NCBI GenBank assembly: GCA_043804695.1
Contig: JAZDIV010000018.1
Location: 1 to 34,077 of the forward strand
Direction: 5' to 3'
DNA length: 34,077 nucleotides
Source of the DNA: PVC group bacterium
Lineage (GTDB): Bacteria; Auribacterota; Erginobacteria; Erginobacterales; Erginobacteraceae
Positions 25,189 through 33,947 of this stretch are shown one piece after another; position 1 is the first letter of the stretch; every line of letters begins with the position of its first letter. The notes beneath the pieces are model-generated. The model was given only the letters and a program-made list of their open reading frames with translations. It had not been told where the DNA came from and did not search any database. The translations under genes and the position numbers were made by a program.

Positions 25189-26088
25189 ATGAGTCAAAAA
25201 ACAAATTATTTCAAACTCGGCCTCTTCGTCATCATCGCCGTGGTGATCCTCCTGGTCGGGCTCTTCTTCCTGGGCGCCCGGGAGATGTTTAGAAAGGAGT
25301 GGACCTTCGAGACCTACATCGACAGCTCCGTTCAGGGTCTCGATATCGGATCGCCGGTGAAGATGATGGGTGTCAAGATCGGCTCGGTCAGCCAGATCAA
25401 GTTCGTTTATGAAATGTACGAGACCGAGCATAATTATGTCTACGTGCTCTTCACCATCGATCCCTCTGCCATCGGGGCCAAGCTGCCCGACCAGGGCCAG
25501 GCGGAACTGAAGGAAAAGACCCGGCAGGTGGTCGATCATGGGCTCCGGCTCACCCTGGCATCCCAGGGGATAACCGGGATCTGTTTTCTCGACGCCTCGT
25601 ACTACGACCTGGCCAAGATTGAGGAACTGAAGATTGACTGGACACCGGAGCATCCCTACATCCCCGCCGTGCCCGGGACGCTGGCCAGGCTGAGCTCGTC
25701 ACTGGAGAAGACGCTGGACAGCCTGGCGGAGGTGGACTTCGCGGCCGTGGGAGAAAAAGTCAACCAGACACTGGCCTCGGTCAAGGAGACGCTGGAAGAA
25801 GACATCAGGCCGATGCTTGTCAACCTCCGGGAGGAAGCATCCCCGACCCTGGCCAATCTGAGGGAAGCCTCGGACAGTGTCCCCGAGATAACGGCCCACC
25901 TCAATGTGACGTTGCAGAGACTCTCTGACTGGGTGAGTGAGCAGAAAGGGAGCCTGTCGGAAGTGATCGAGGATGTACGGAGCGTCTCCGATAACCTGCG
26001 CCAGCTGACTGAATCGGCCCGGCAGGATCCCTCGCATATCCTGTGGGGAAAACCACCACCACCATCAAAGGTAATTGAATCGCCATGA
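25189..26088 (+). CDS. mlaD: MlaD/MCE domain protein with helical C-terminus
   Basis: N-terminal anchor FKLGLFV, SVQGLDIGSPVKMMGVKIGSV, SQGITG, terminal DPSHILWG. Confidence 0.9.
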   Translation: MSQKTNYFKLGLFVIIAVVILLVGLFFLGAREMFRKEWTFETYIDSSVQGLDIGSPVKMMGVKIGSVSQIKFVYEMYETEHNYVYVLFTIDPSAIGAKLPDQGQAELKEKTRQVVDHGLRLTLASQGITGICFLDASYYDLAKIEELKIDWTPEHPYIPAVPGTLARLSSSLEKTLDSLAEVDFAAVGEKVNQTLASVKETLEEDIRPMLVNLREEASPTLANLREASDSVPEITAHLNVTLQRLSDWVSEQKGSLSEVIEDVRSVSDNLRQLTESARQDPSHILWGKPPPPSKVIESP

Positions 26089-26732
26089 AAAAGACAGGTG
26101 CATACATCGTCGCCATCGCGGGGGGCATCACCCTCGGCATGCTCATCGGGTGTGTCAACCTCCAGAGGGAGTATCCCGTCCGGAAATATTATGTTCTGGA
26201 GGTGAAACCGGAAAACACTCTGCCGCCGCTGGAGGATGGACCGGTCGTCCAGGTCCAGCTTTTCAGAGCGTCGCCCGGATTCGAGAACACGGAGTTCGTG
26301 TACCGGACCGGGGACTCGAACTACGAGTCCGACTTTTACAATGTCTTTTTTATACAGCCGGCCGACCAGATCAGGTCCCTCGCCTCCGAGTGGCTGGAGG
26401 ACGTGGGCCGCGCCCGAGCCGTCATCGATCGGGCGAGTCGGCTGAGACCAACCCACGTCATCGAGGGAAACCTGGTGGAGATGTACGGCGACTTCCGGGA
26501 TAAAGAAAATCCCCGGGCGGTCATCATGATCGACTTCCTGCTCATGGATGTCCGGCCGCTTGTACCCAAGATCATCTGCAGCAAATCCTACCGGGAAGAG
26601 ATCCCCATACCGGAATCCACCGCCGCCGCCCTGATCGTGGGTTGGGAAGAGGGATTGCGGAAGATTTTCACCGAGTTCGAAGAGGACGTCCCCGCGAATG
26701 CACCGCCGGCGGAACCCGATCAAGGGCACTAA
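26085..26732 (+). CDS. ABC-type transport auxiliary lipoprotein (PqiC-like)
   Basis: Lipobox LIGC, KYYVL, FVYR..YESDFYN; ATGA overlap with the MCE gene. Confidence 0.82.
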   Translation: MKKTGAYIVAIAGGITLGMLIGCVNLQREYPVRKYYVLEVKPENTLPPLEDGPVVQVQLFRASPGFENTEFVYRTGDSNYESDFYNVFFIQPADQIRSLASEWLEDVGRARAVIDRASRLRPTHVIEGNLVEMYGDFRDKENPRAVIMIDFLLMDVRPLVPKIICSKSYREEIPIPESTAAALIVGWEEGLRKIFTEFEEDVPANAPPAEPDQGH

Positions 26733-26812
26733 TTCGATTTATGGATAGATCGAATTAGTGTTGAACGGCAGTTATTAATCCGACCGTTGTAGTATTTACA
26801 GCAAGGATCGCG

Positions 26813-26938
26813 GTCATTGCGAGCGTTAGCCGAAGCCGCGAGCAAAGCGTGGCGGGAAGCAATCTCTTGCTGTGCATATAGTTGAGATTGCGTAGCCTGT
26901 CCCGAGCGATAGCGAAGGATCTCATTCCTCGCAATGAC
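26813..26938. repeat. GTCATTGCGAG...GCAATCT REP-like doublet, copy 2, with expanded internal hairpins
   Basis: GTCATTGCGAG...GAAGCAATCTC ... GAGATTGC...CCTCGCAATGAC. Confidence 0.8.
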
Positions 26939-26966
26939 ATGTCCATACAATTATGGACTGACTAAT

Positions 26967-27005
26967 AACTTTAGGCACTTCAAACTTTAGGCACTTTAGG
27001 CACTT
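26967..27005. repeat. ACTTTAGGC 9-mer tandem arm, copy 2
   Basis: AACTTTAGGCACTTCAAACTTTAGGCACTTTAGGCACTT, 9 bp before the next ATG. Confidence 0.85.
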
Positions 27006-27014
27006 GAATTTCCC

Positions 27015-27503
27015 ATGCCTGATTTAGTCACTCATGTTGCCGGCGCCTACTTGGTAAAAAAGGGTGCCCGGATCGCCCGGTACACGGTTTTGTTTTATCT
27101 GGGCGCCCTGCTGCCCGACCTGGCGGCCCGGCCTCTTCATCTTATCTGGCCCCGCCTCCTGCCCGCCACCCAGGCCCTGCACAGCCCGGTCGGCGTATTT
27201 TTGATCTGCTGGCTGCTGAGCCTCTTCTTCCGGGCCGACCAGAGAAAGTCCGTCTTCTGGCTTCTCTTTTCGGGGAGCATGCTCCATTTGCTCATGGACG
27301 CGGGGCAGATGCACCTGGTGGGCGGCTACCTTTGGCTCTTCCCCTTCTCGGTCCGGACCTTCTCCCTCGGGTTATTCTGGCCGGAGGACTCCATACGTGT
27401 TCTGCCGTACATCGCGATCATTATTCTGGTTGTACTGGGTATCAGCTTGTGGAGGAAAGGGGGAAGAGTCAAAGCCCGCAACCGGCATAACGCCCGGCCC
27501 TGA
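27015..27503 (+). CDS. Membrane-bound metal-dependent hydrolase (YdjM-like)
   Basis: TH near the N-terminus, GALLPDL, HS, HLLMD, WLFPF motifs. Confidence 0.8.
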   Translation: MPDLVTHVAGAYLVKKGARIARYTVLFYLGALLPDLAARPLHLIWPRLLPATQALHSPVGVFLICWLLSLFFRADQRKSVFWLLFSGSMLHLLMDAGQMHLVGGYLWLFPFSVRTFSLGLFWPEDSIRVLPYIAIIILVVLGISLWRKGGRVKARNRHNARP

Positions 27504-27545
27504 CCGAAGGTTTGTTGGCGAGGCGCCATTCGGATTTAGTCTCCC

Positions 27546-28652
27546 ATGCATCTCTATGATTCGATTGTGATCGGCGGCGGTCCGGCCGGCTCCAGCGCTG
27601 CTTACGCCCTGGCCCGGGGCGGGCTGAGGGTGCTCCTGATCGAGAAGGAAAAGATGCCCCGCTTCAAATGCTGCGCGGGGGGGATCCCGGTCAAAGTGAG
27701 GGCCGCCCTGGGCTTTGATATCTCCTCCTGCTGCGATGCCCCGGTCCGGGGTTTGACCCTGAGCTGGCGGGCGTCCCGGGCCCGGACCGTGCAAGAGGAC
27801 AGGCTCCGGGGCTGGGTGGTGAAGAGAGAGGACTTCGATCATCTCCTGCTCCGGCAGGCGGTCTCCGTCGGGGCGGAGGCCAGGGAGGAATGCGCGTTCA
27901 TCGGGATGGAGGAGGCCCGGGCGGCGGTCCGGGTGACCACCACCCGGGGCGTCTTTCGAGGGCGGACGGTGATCGGCGCCGACGGCGCCCGCAGCCTGGT
28001 CGCCCGGCGGCTGGGAGCGGACCGCCGCCGGCAGTTCGGGGTCGCGCTCGAGACCAGAGTAGTGGTTCCGGATCGGATCCTGGCGGAGAGAGGAGGGGTG
28101 CTCTCTTTCGACCTGGGAGCGGTTCCCGGCGGCTACGGCTGGATCTTTCCCCTCCGGGATTGCCTGAACGCGGGGGTGGCGACCCGGCGCCCGTCGTTTA
28201 GGAAGCTGAAAGACTGTCTTTGGGACTACCTCCGGCGGGAAGGGATCCGCGCGGAGTCGGCGGCCGCCGGCGTTCGGGGAGGCGCCCTGGCTTTTCGTTT
28301 TTCTCCCTTCGGTATCGTAAAAGGGCGCTGTCTGCTGGCCGGTGCCGCGGCCGGCCTGACCGACCGGCTGACCGGCGAGGGAATATACCAGGCGATTGTG
28401 AGCGGGCAGCTGGCCGCCCGCGCGGTGAAGGATCATGTCTCCGGCGGAGCGCCTCTCGCCGCCTATCGAAAGATGGTCCGGCATGTCCTGGGGGAAAACC
28501 TGGCCATGGCCGGCCTGCTCTCCCGTCTGACCGATCTCTTCCCTGAAAAAATGTTCGAACTGTCCTGCCGCGACGATCAACGGATCAGGAAAGCGATGGC
28601 GGTTGTGCAGGGCGACCTCAATTATCGAGACCTCTTGAAAAAAATAAATTAG
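27546..28652 (+). CDS. Geranylgeranyl reductase family FAD-dependent oxidoreductase
   Basis: IGGGPAGS, PRFKCCAGG, REDFDHLL, IGADGARS, GYGWIFP, TGEGIYQA. Confidence 0.88.
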   Translation: MHLYDSIVIGGGPAGSSAAYALARGGLRVLLIEKEKMPRFKCCAGGIPVKVRAALGFDISSCCDAPVRGLTLSWRASRARTVQEDRLRGWVVKREDFDHLLLRQAVSVGAEAREECAFIGMEEARAAVRVTTTRGVFRGRTVIGADGARSLVARRLGADRRRQFGVALETRVVVPDRILAERGGVLSFDLGAVPGGYGWIFPLRDCLNAGVATRRPSFRKLKDCLWDYLRREGIRAESAAAGVRGGALAFRFSPFGIVKGRCLLAGAAAGLTDRLTGEGIYQAIVSGQLAARAVKDHVSGGAPLAAYRKMVRHVLGENLAMAGLLSRLTDLFPEKMFELSCRDDQRIRKAMAVVQGDLNYRDLLKKIN

Positions 28653-28672
28653 CGCCTTCGGCGCTACTGTTC

Positions 28673-28697
28673 GCCACCAAGACACCAAGACACTAAG
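28673..28697. repeat. CACCAAGA 8-mer tandem arm (solo)
   Basis: GCCACCAAGACACCAAGACACTAAG, 20 bp after the stop and just after a TAGCGCC-TTC-GGCGCTA hairpin. Confidence 0.7.
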
Positions 28698-28809
28698 GAG
28701 AATAAAATAAGGTGAGTATTTTGCCCTTTTCCCCTACCTGTGTGAGGGCCCGGCGGAAGAGCCGGCTTGGACGGATCCGTCGGATCAGACCGATCCGTCG
28801 GAGGATGGT

Positions 28810-28850
28810 AAAAAAAAGCCCCCCCGATCGACGATCGGGGGGGCTTTTTT
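28810..28850. terminator. Bidirectional intrinsic terminator
   Basis: A8-GCCCCCCCGATCG-A-CGATCGGGGGGGC-T6 between convergent genes. Confidence 0.9.
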
Positions 28851-28854
28851 ATGT

Positions 28855-29961
28855 TTACTCTTTCTTTTCCGGCTCTTCCTTATTTTCTTCTCTTTTCTTT
28901 TTCGGAGACGCTTTTTTCTCGGACGCTTTCTTCGGCTCCTCTTCTTCGATCGCCGCCGCCTCCGCGACCGCGGGCTTCTCTTCCTCGACATTGCCGGTCA
29001 ATCCCACATAAGACAGGGTTCCGGCAACACCGAAGTTGACCACGATAAACCCCCAGATCGACATCTGGATCAGCCACATGATGACGCCGAAAATGAAGCC
29101 GGCCAGGTACTCGGTCAAGCGGAAGGCCTTGGGGTTGGTGATCGGGTTCAATTCCGGAACGATCCCCTTCCAGGTTGCCACCTGGGCGTGGAAGGTGCCT
29201 GATATGGTCGAAAAACCGGGCGCGTGCTGGAGCCATTCGGGGACCAGATTCTGGATGTAGAAGAACTTTTCCCTCATGATGGCCTCGGATACGCTGTTGC
29301 TCAGGCTGATGGCCCAGAGAAGTATGACAAAAGTGATGATGGCCACCACCAGGGCGATCAGGAAATGACCCGCGAACTTGATCGTGTTTTTCCGGAGGAA
29401 GTCGATCAGCTCGCTGACCGGCCCTTCCTTGCCGAGGATAATGATGGTGGGGAGAACCATCGCCCCGAAGATCAGGATCAGGATGGTGGCCACCATGGCG
29501 ATGCCGAGCGGGAAAGTGATCAGGGGGGAGAACATCCAGCAGAGTTCCCCGATGAACGGGATCTTGCCGATCAGGTCGACGATGACGTGAAAGACCGCCA
29601 GTCCGGCTAAGATGCTGAAGATTTTGATCGGGGAGACGACCACTTCTTTCAGTTTGCCGGCGGCGGCGCCCAGGGCCGCCCGGGCGGGGACTTCCCCCTC
29701 GCCTTTCAGGTTGGCCAGCGTCATCTTCGCCACTGCGGTCATGCCGAGGAGCACGATGAAATAAGCGATGACCACTCCGATGAAGTTGATGACCGCCGCG
29801 AACCAGGTGGCGCCGACTGCTTCCGGGGCGACCCAGCGGGCGATCAGAAGGACGAAGTAAGCAGCGATCAGGGCTCCGGTCTGCAGGCAAATCTTCCCCG
29901 GCTTCCAGGTGAGTTCCAGCAGTCTCTGGGTCAACACCGAACCTTTTGCATCTTCAATCAT
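28855..29961 (-). CDS. Hypothetical multi-pass membrane protein with charged E/K-rich tail
   Basis: RBS AAGGAGG before ATG 29961; about 6 hydrophobic segments (KIPFIGEL hairpin); GC3-rich codons. Confidence 0.8.
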   Translation of the reverse strand: MIEDAKGSVLTQRLLELTWKPGKICLQTGALIAAYFVLLIARWVAPEAVGATWFAAVINFIGVVIAYFIVLLGMTAVAKMTLANLKGEGEVPARAALGAAAGKLKEVVVSPIKIFSILAGLAVFHVIVDLIGKIPFIGELCWMFSPLITFPLGIAMVATILILIFGAMVLPTIIILGKEGPVSELIDFLRKNTIKFAGHFLIALVVAIITFVILLWAISLSNSVSEAIMREKFFYIQNLVPEWLQHAPGFSTISGTFHAQVATWKGIVPELNPITNPKAFRLTEYLAGFIFGVIMWLIQMSIWGFIVVNFGVAGTLSYVGLTGNVEEEKPAVAEAAAIEEEEPKKASEKKASPKKKREENKEEPEKKE

Positions 29962-30157
29962 GCACTGCCTCCTTTCGGTTGGTTGGTTGCTGTTCACTGT
30001 TCACTGCATGAGTTAAACAGCTTAAGTCATACTCGCTCGACCTGTATGAGTCAAGAAAAAATATTCCCGGATCCGCGCCGGCGAATAATTATGGTTGCCT
30101 AAACCGGCGCGGGAAGATAATAATAATCAGAAAATCATCAGAACAGGTGCGCCGCCG

Positions 30158-31063
30158 ATGAACGGGAAACTAACCGATACCGATGAAAAGGCCCCTCTGG
30201 TCAGGCTGGGCTTGCCCACGGGGAGCCTCCAGGAATCGACTTTTGACCTCTTCCGGAGAGCCGGGTTTTCTGTCTCGCTCGGCAGCCGGTCGTACTATCC
30301 CCGGCTGGACGATCCGGAGATAGAGGCGGTTCTGATCCGGGCCCAGGAGATTCCCCGTTACGTCGAGAACGGGGCGATCGACGCCGGGATCACCGGCCTG
30401 GACTGGATCAGGGAAAGCGGCGCGGACGTGCAGGAGATCGCCGACCTGATCTACGCCAAAGCGGGTTTTCGCCCGGTCCGGTGGGTGTTGGCGGTGCCGG
30501 CGGATTCGCCCTTTCAGCGCCCCGAGGACCTGCGGGGCAAGCGGATAGCCACCGAGCTGGTCAGCGTGGTCCGGGAGTTCTTTGCCGGGCGGGGGATCGA
30601 CTGCGAGGTGGAGTTCTCCTGGGGGGCCACGGAAGTCAAGCCCCCCCTGCTGGTGGACGGGATCGTGGAGCTGACCGAGACCGGTTCGTCGCTGCGGGCC
30701 AACAACCTCCGGATCGTGGAAACGGTGCTCGAGAGCACCACCCGTTTCATCGCCAACCGGGAGGTCTGGGATAACCCCCCCCAGCGCCGCAAGCTGGAGA
30801 ACATCGCCCTTCTTCTTCAGAGCGCCATTCAGGCCCAGGGGAAGGTCGGGATCAAGATGAACGTCCGTAAGGAAGACCTGGGGAAGGTGCTGGAGATCCT
30901 CCCCGCTCTCCATTCTCCCACCATCTCCGACCAGCTCGATCAGAACTGGGTGGCGGTTGAAGTCGTTATCGAGGAAAAGCGGGTGAGGGAACTGGTCCCC
31001 GATCTGAAAGAGGCAGGCGCTCAGGGGATCATCGAATACCCGCTGAATAAGATAGTGATTTGA
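30158..31063 (+). CDS. hisG: ATP phosphoribosyltransferase, long form
   Basis: [51 protein letters not shown]-terminal regulatory domain (PALHSPTIS...GAQGIIEYP). Confidence 0.96.
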   Translation: MNGKLTDTDEKAPLVRLGLPTGSLQESTFDLFRRAGFSVSLGSRSYYPRLDDPEIEAVLIRAQEIPRYVENGAIDAGITGLDWIRESGADVQEIADLIYAKAGFRPVRWVLAVPADSPFQRPEDLRGKRIATELVSVVREFFAGRGIDCEVEFSWGATEVKPPLLVDGIVELTETGSSLRANNLRIVETVLESTTRFIANREVWDNPPQRRKLENIALLLQSAIQAQGKVGIKMNVRKEDLGKVLEILPALHSPTISDQLDQNWVAVEVVIEEKRVRELVPDLKEAGAQGIIEYPLNKIVI

Positions 31064-31067
31064 GTTG

Positions 31068-31099
31068 GTTTGGAATTTGGTGCTTGTGGTTTGGAATTT
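31068..31099. repeat. Solo T-rich arm of the 23487 repeat family
   Basis: GTTTGGAATTTGGTGCTTGTGGTTTGGAATTT; contains the reverse complement of AAGCACCAAAT; 5 bp after the hisG stop. Confidence 0.75.
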
Positions 31100-31180
31100 A
31101 AGAGTATGATAGATATTAATTCAACACAAAAAGGTTGTATTACTAACATATAATGTTTTGGAACCAAGAGGAGTACATCT

Positions 31181-31270
31181 ATGCCCTCGGGACGGAAGAA
31201 ACGGAAGGCGAAGATCGCCCGGCATAAGAGAAAAAAACGGCTGAGAAGGGACCGTCATAAGAAAAAATGA
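31181..31270 (+). CDS. 29-aa basic protein, AURKAIP1/COX24 domain (bS22/mS38-like small ribosomal protein)
   Basis: RBS GAGGAG; MPSGRKKRKAKIARHKRKKRLRRDRHKKK*; ATGA overlap with the TPR gene; below the ORF-track cutoff. Confidence 0.88.
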   Translation: MPSGRKKRKAKIARHKRKKRLRRDRHKKK

Positions 31271-32679
31271 GAGTGAGTCCCCTTATCCCGGGTGCCTTAA
31301 TCATCTCTCTTTTCTCCGGTTGCCTGACCAACTCGAGCAGTTCGACCGATTCATCCCGCCCGACCGCCGATCTCGACATCGACCGGCAGCAGGCGTACGC
31401 CCACTACTGTCAGGCGGTGTTCCACGAGTACCACCAGGAAAACGATGCCGCCCTCCGGGAATACCTGAAAGTACTGGAGCTTGACCCGACTTCCCTCGAA
31501 GCGGCCCTCAAGGCCGGTTCCATTCTGCTCGGAGAGGATAAAACCGAAGAAAGCATCGAGTGGTTTCGCCGCGCCCTCGAGCTTGATCCGGAGTCTTTCC
31601 GGGCCGCTTTTCTTCTTGCCACCGCCCACTACAAGGCCGGCCGGGAAGAGGAAGCGCTGGAAGGCTACCGGGAGGCCATCCGGATATCCCCTGAAGAACG
31701 GAGCCCCTATCTGCTGATGGCCACCATCTACACCCGGAGAGAAGATTACGGGGCGGCGCTGGTCATCTATCTGAAAGCGGCGGAAATCGCGCCCAAACAG
31801 CCCGATATCTGGTTCCGGATCGGGCTGCTGTATACCAAGAAGGGGGACTATCAGTCGGCGATCGGAGGGTTCAAGAAAGCATTGAACCTGGTCCCCGATT
31901 CACTGGAATCCCGTCTGGCCCTGGCGCTGGCATATGACCTCAATGACCAGGACGAAGAGGCTGTCCTGGAATACGAGCGGGCCCGCGAGATCGTCCCCCT
32001 GAACGGCAATATCATCCGGCGTTTGGGAACGCTGTACTACGCGTCCTCCCGTGTAAAAGAATCCATCAGCGCCTTCCTTCGTCTCCTGGAACTGGAGCCG
32101 ACATCGGGCAGCGCCTGCTTTCTGCTGGGGACGGCGTATCTCAGCGATAAGAACTTCCCGGCGGCGATCGAGGCCTTCCGGAAAGCCCTGGAGCAGGGGG
32201 AAGGCGGCGACCTGCTCTATTTCCAACTGGGCGCGGCTTACGAGAGAAACGGTGACTTTGAGGCCGCGGCCCGCCAGTTCGAGCAGGCGATCGAGCTGAA
32301 CCCCCGAAACGCCGAGGCCTACAATTATCTCGGGTATATGTACGCGGAGAAAGGGGTCAGGCTTGATGAGGCGCTGGAGCTGATCAAGCGGGCCCTCGAG
32401 TTGGAGCCGGATAACGGGGCGTTTCTCGACAGCCTGGGCTGGGTCTATTACCAGAAGGGGATGGTGGACGAGGCACTGGAACAGCTGGAGCGGGCGGTGT
32501 CCATCATCTCCGATGACTCGACCGGCCACGACCATCTGGGAGACGCCTATGTCCGGAAGGGGGACATCTCCTCCGCGATCGAGCAGTGGCGGAAAGCCCT
32601 TGCCCTCGATCCCGCCGACCCGGAGGCGATCAGGGCCAAGATCGAAAATGCCGAAACCCGGATGACGAATGATGAATGA
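31267..32679 (+). CDS. Tetratricopeptide repeat lipoprotein
   Basis: Lipobox FSGC, many TPRs, C-terminal AYNYLGYMYAE...FLDSLGWVYY...DHLGDAY block typical of TPR genes upstream of ispE. Confidence 0.92.
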   Translation: MRVSPLIPGALIISLFSGCLTNSSSSTDSSRPTADLDIDRQQAYAHYCQAVFHEYHQENDAALREYLKVLELDPTSLEAALKAGSILLGEDKTEESIEWFRRALELDPESFRAAFLLATAHYKAGREEEALEGYREAIRISPEERSPYLLMATIYTRREDYGAALVIYLKAAEIAPKQPDIWFRIGLLYTKKGDYQSAIGGFKKALNLVPDSLESRLALALAYDLNDQDEEAVLEYERAREIVPLNGNIIRRLGTLYYASSRVKESISAFLRLLELEPTSGSACFLLGTAYLSDKNFPAAIEAFRKALEQGEGGDLLYFQLGAAYERNGDFEAAARQFEQAIELNPRNAEAYNYLGYMYAEKGVRLDEALELIKRALELEPDNGAFLDSLGWVYYQKGMVDEALEQLERAVSIISDDSTGHDHLGDAYVRKGDISSAIEQWRKALALDPADPEAIRAKIENAETRMTNDE

Positions 32680-32710
32680 ATGACGAAATCCGAATTCGGA
32701 TTTCGTCATT
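32679..32710. repeat. Perfect 32-bp palindrome of AATGACGAA-type arms
   Basis: AATGACGAAATCCGAA|TTCGGATTTCGTCATT, preceded by ATGACGAATGATGAATG. Confidence 0.9.
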
Positions 32711-32764
32711 TAAATAGTTATTTCAATCTCTTTCTTTGATTGCTCTCGACAATCCCATTCAGTT

Positions 32765-33646
32765 TTGAAATATCGCAAGATAACCTATCCCTCTCCCTGC
32801 AAGTTCAATTTCTTCCTCGATGTGCTCGGCCGCCGCCCGGACGGCTACCACGAGGTGGTGACCGTGATCGAGCCGCTCGGGCTCTTTGATACGCTCCACC
32901 TGACGGAGACAGGCGGGGAGATCCAGGTGGTCTGCGATCACCCGGGGGTTCCCGGGGGAGAGGAGAACATTGTCCAGCGGGCGGTCCGGGCCATCCGGGA
33001 GGAGACCGGGACGGACAAGGGGGCCTCGATCAGGATCGAGAAGAGAGTCCCCGTCGCCGCCGGCCTCGGCGGAGGGAGCGCCAACGCCGCCGCGACGCTG
33101 CGGGCGCTGGACGATCTCTGGGACCTCGGGCTCCCCCCGGGGACGCTGGCCCGGCTGGCGGCCGGACTGGGCTCGGATGTCCCCTTCTTCCTCGATCCCC
33201 GGACCTCGCTCTGCCGGGGCCGGGGGGAGAAGATAGAAGTTCTCCCCCCGGCCCCTCCCTTCCGGGCCGTTCTGGTGAACCCGTCGTTTCCTTTGTCCAC
33301 CCGCCGCGCCTACGAATCCCTGGCCGTGACCGGCCCCCTCCGGGAGCCCCACCCGAACCGGGAAAAGGTGATCGACGCCCTCGATCGGTCGGACCTGATC
33401 GCCCTGGGGAACTCCCTCTACAACGTCTTCCAGGAGGTGCTGGAACCCCGCATCCGGCCCCTTCATGAGCTGCTCGATTTCTTCCGCCGGAGCCGGGCGG
33501 TGGGGACGGTGCTCTCGGGATCGGGTCCCACCGTGATCGGCCTGGTGGAGACGGAGGAGGAGGGCGTAGCGCTGGCCGCCGCCGCCCGGTCCGCCTTCCC
33601 GGAAAATTACCGCGTCTATCTCGCCGGCAACACCGTCTCCCGATAG
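32765..33646 (+). CDS. ispE: 4-diphosphocytidyl-2-C-methyl-D-erythritol kinase
   Basis: PCKFNFFLDV..RRPDGYH, KRVPVAAGLGGGSANAA, LGSDVPFF, LSGSGPTV; TTG start. Confidence 0.96.
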   Translation: MKYRKITYPSPCKFNFFLDVLGRRPDGYHEVVTVIEPLGLFDTLHLTETGGEIQVVCDHPGVPGGEENIVQRAVRAIREETGTDKGASIRIEKRVPVAAGLGGGSANAAATLRALDDLWDLGLPPGTLARLAAGLGSDVPFFLDPRTSLCRGRGEKIEVLPPAPPFRAVLVNPSFPLSTRRAYESLAVTGPLREPHPNREKVIDALDRSDLIALGNSLYNVFQEVLEPRIRPLHELLDFFRRSRAVGTVLSGSGPTVIGLVETEEEGVALAAAARSAFPENYRVYLAGNTVSR

Positions 33647-33648
33647 AT

Positions 33649-33780
33649 GGCCGCAAAAAGGCGCAAAATACGCAAAAGTTCCCACAACCTTGCCCCCCCT
33701 AAATAAAACTACGAATTACGCGAATTACGCGAATTGATCATTGATATTGAAATTTGAATGTTGAACGTTGAACGTTCATT
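33649..33780. repeat. Cluster of three different solo tandem arms
   Basis: GGCCGCAAAAAGGCGCAAAATACGCAAAA (33649-33677, same family as 24769), ACTACGAATTACGCGAATTACGCGAATT (~33707-33735), TTGAATGTTGAACGTTGAACGTT (~33754-33776). Confidence 0.8.
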
Positions 33781-33947
33781 TTTTCCGTTCGAAGTTCAGT
33801 TTATTTATTCAACCCTCTCCCCTTTGTGCTTAACCTTACCCACATCTTTTCATCTATCCAGATGAATTGAGCCCACTATAAAGATTTTTCCTATTTTTGG
33901 CATTTTATTCTGGATTCACTTTCGCTTTTTTGGTAGAGCTGTCCATT

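Noticed and set aside
24944..25192. 82-aa ORF between mlaF and mlaD
   Set aside because: Composed of REP, MITE and arm sequence (RLLRRYAPRND, FALFAPFRG are repeat translations).
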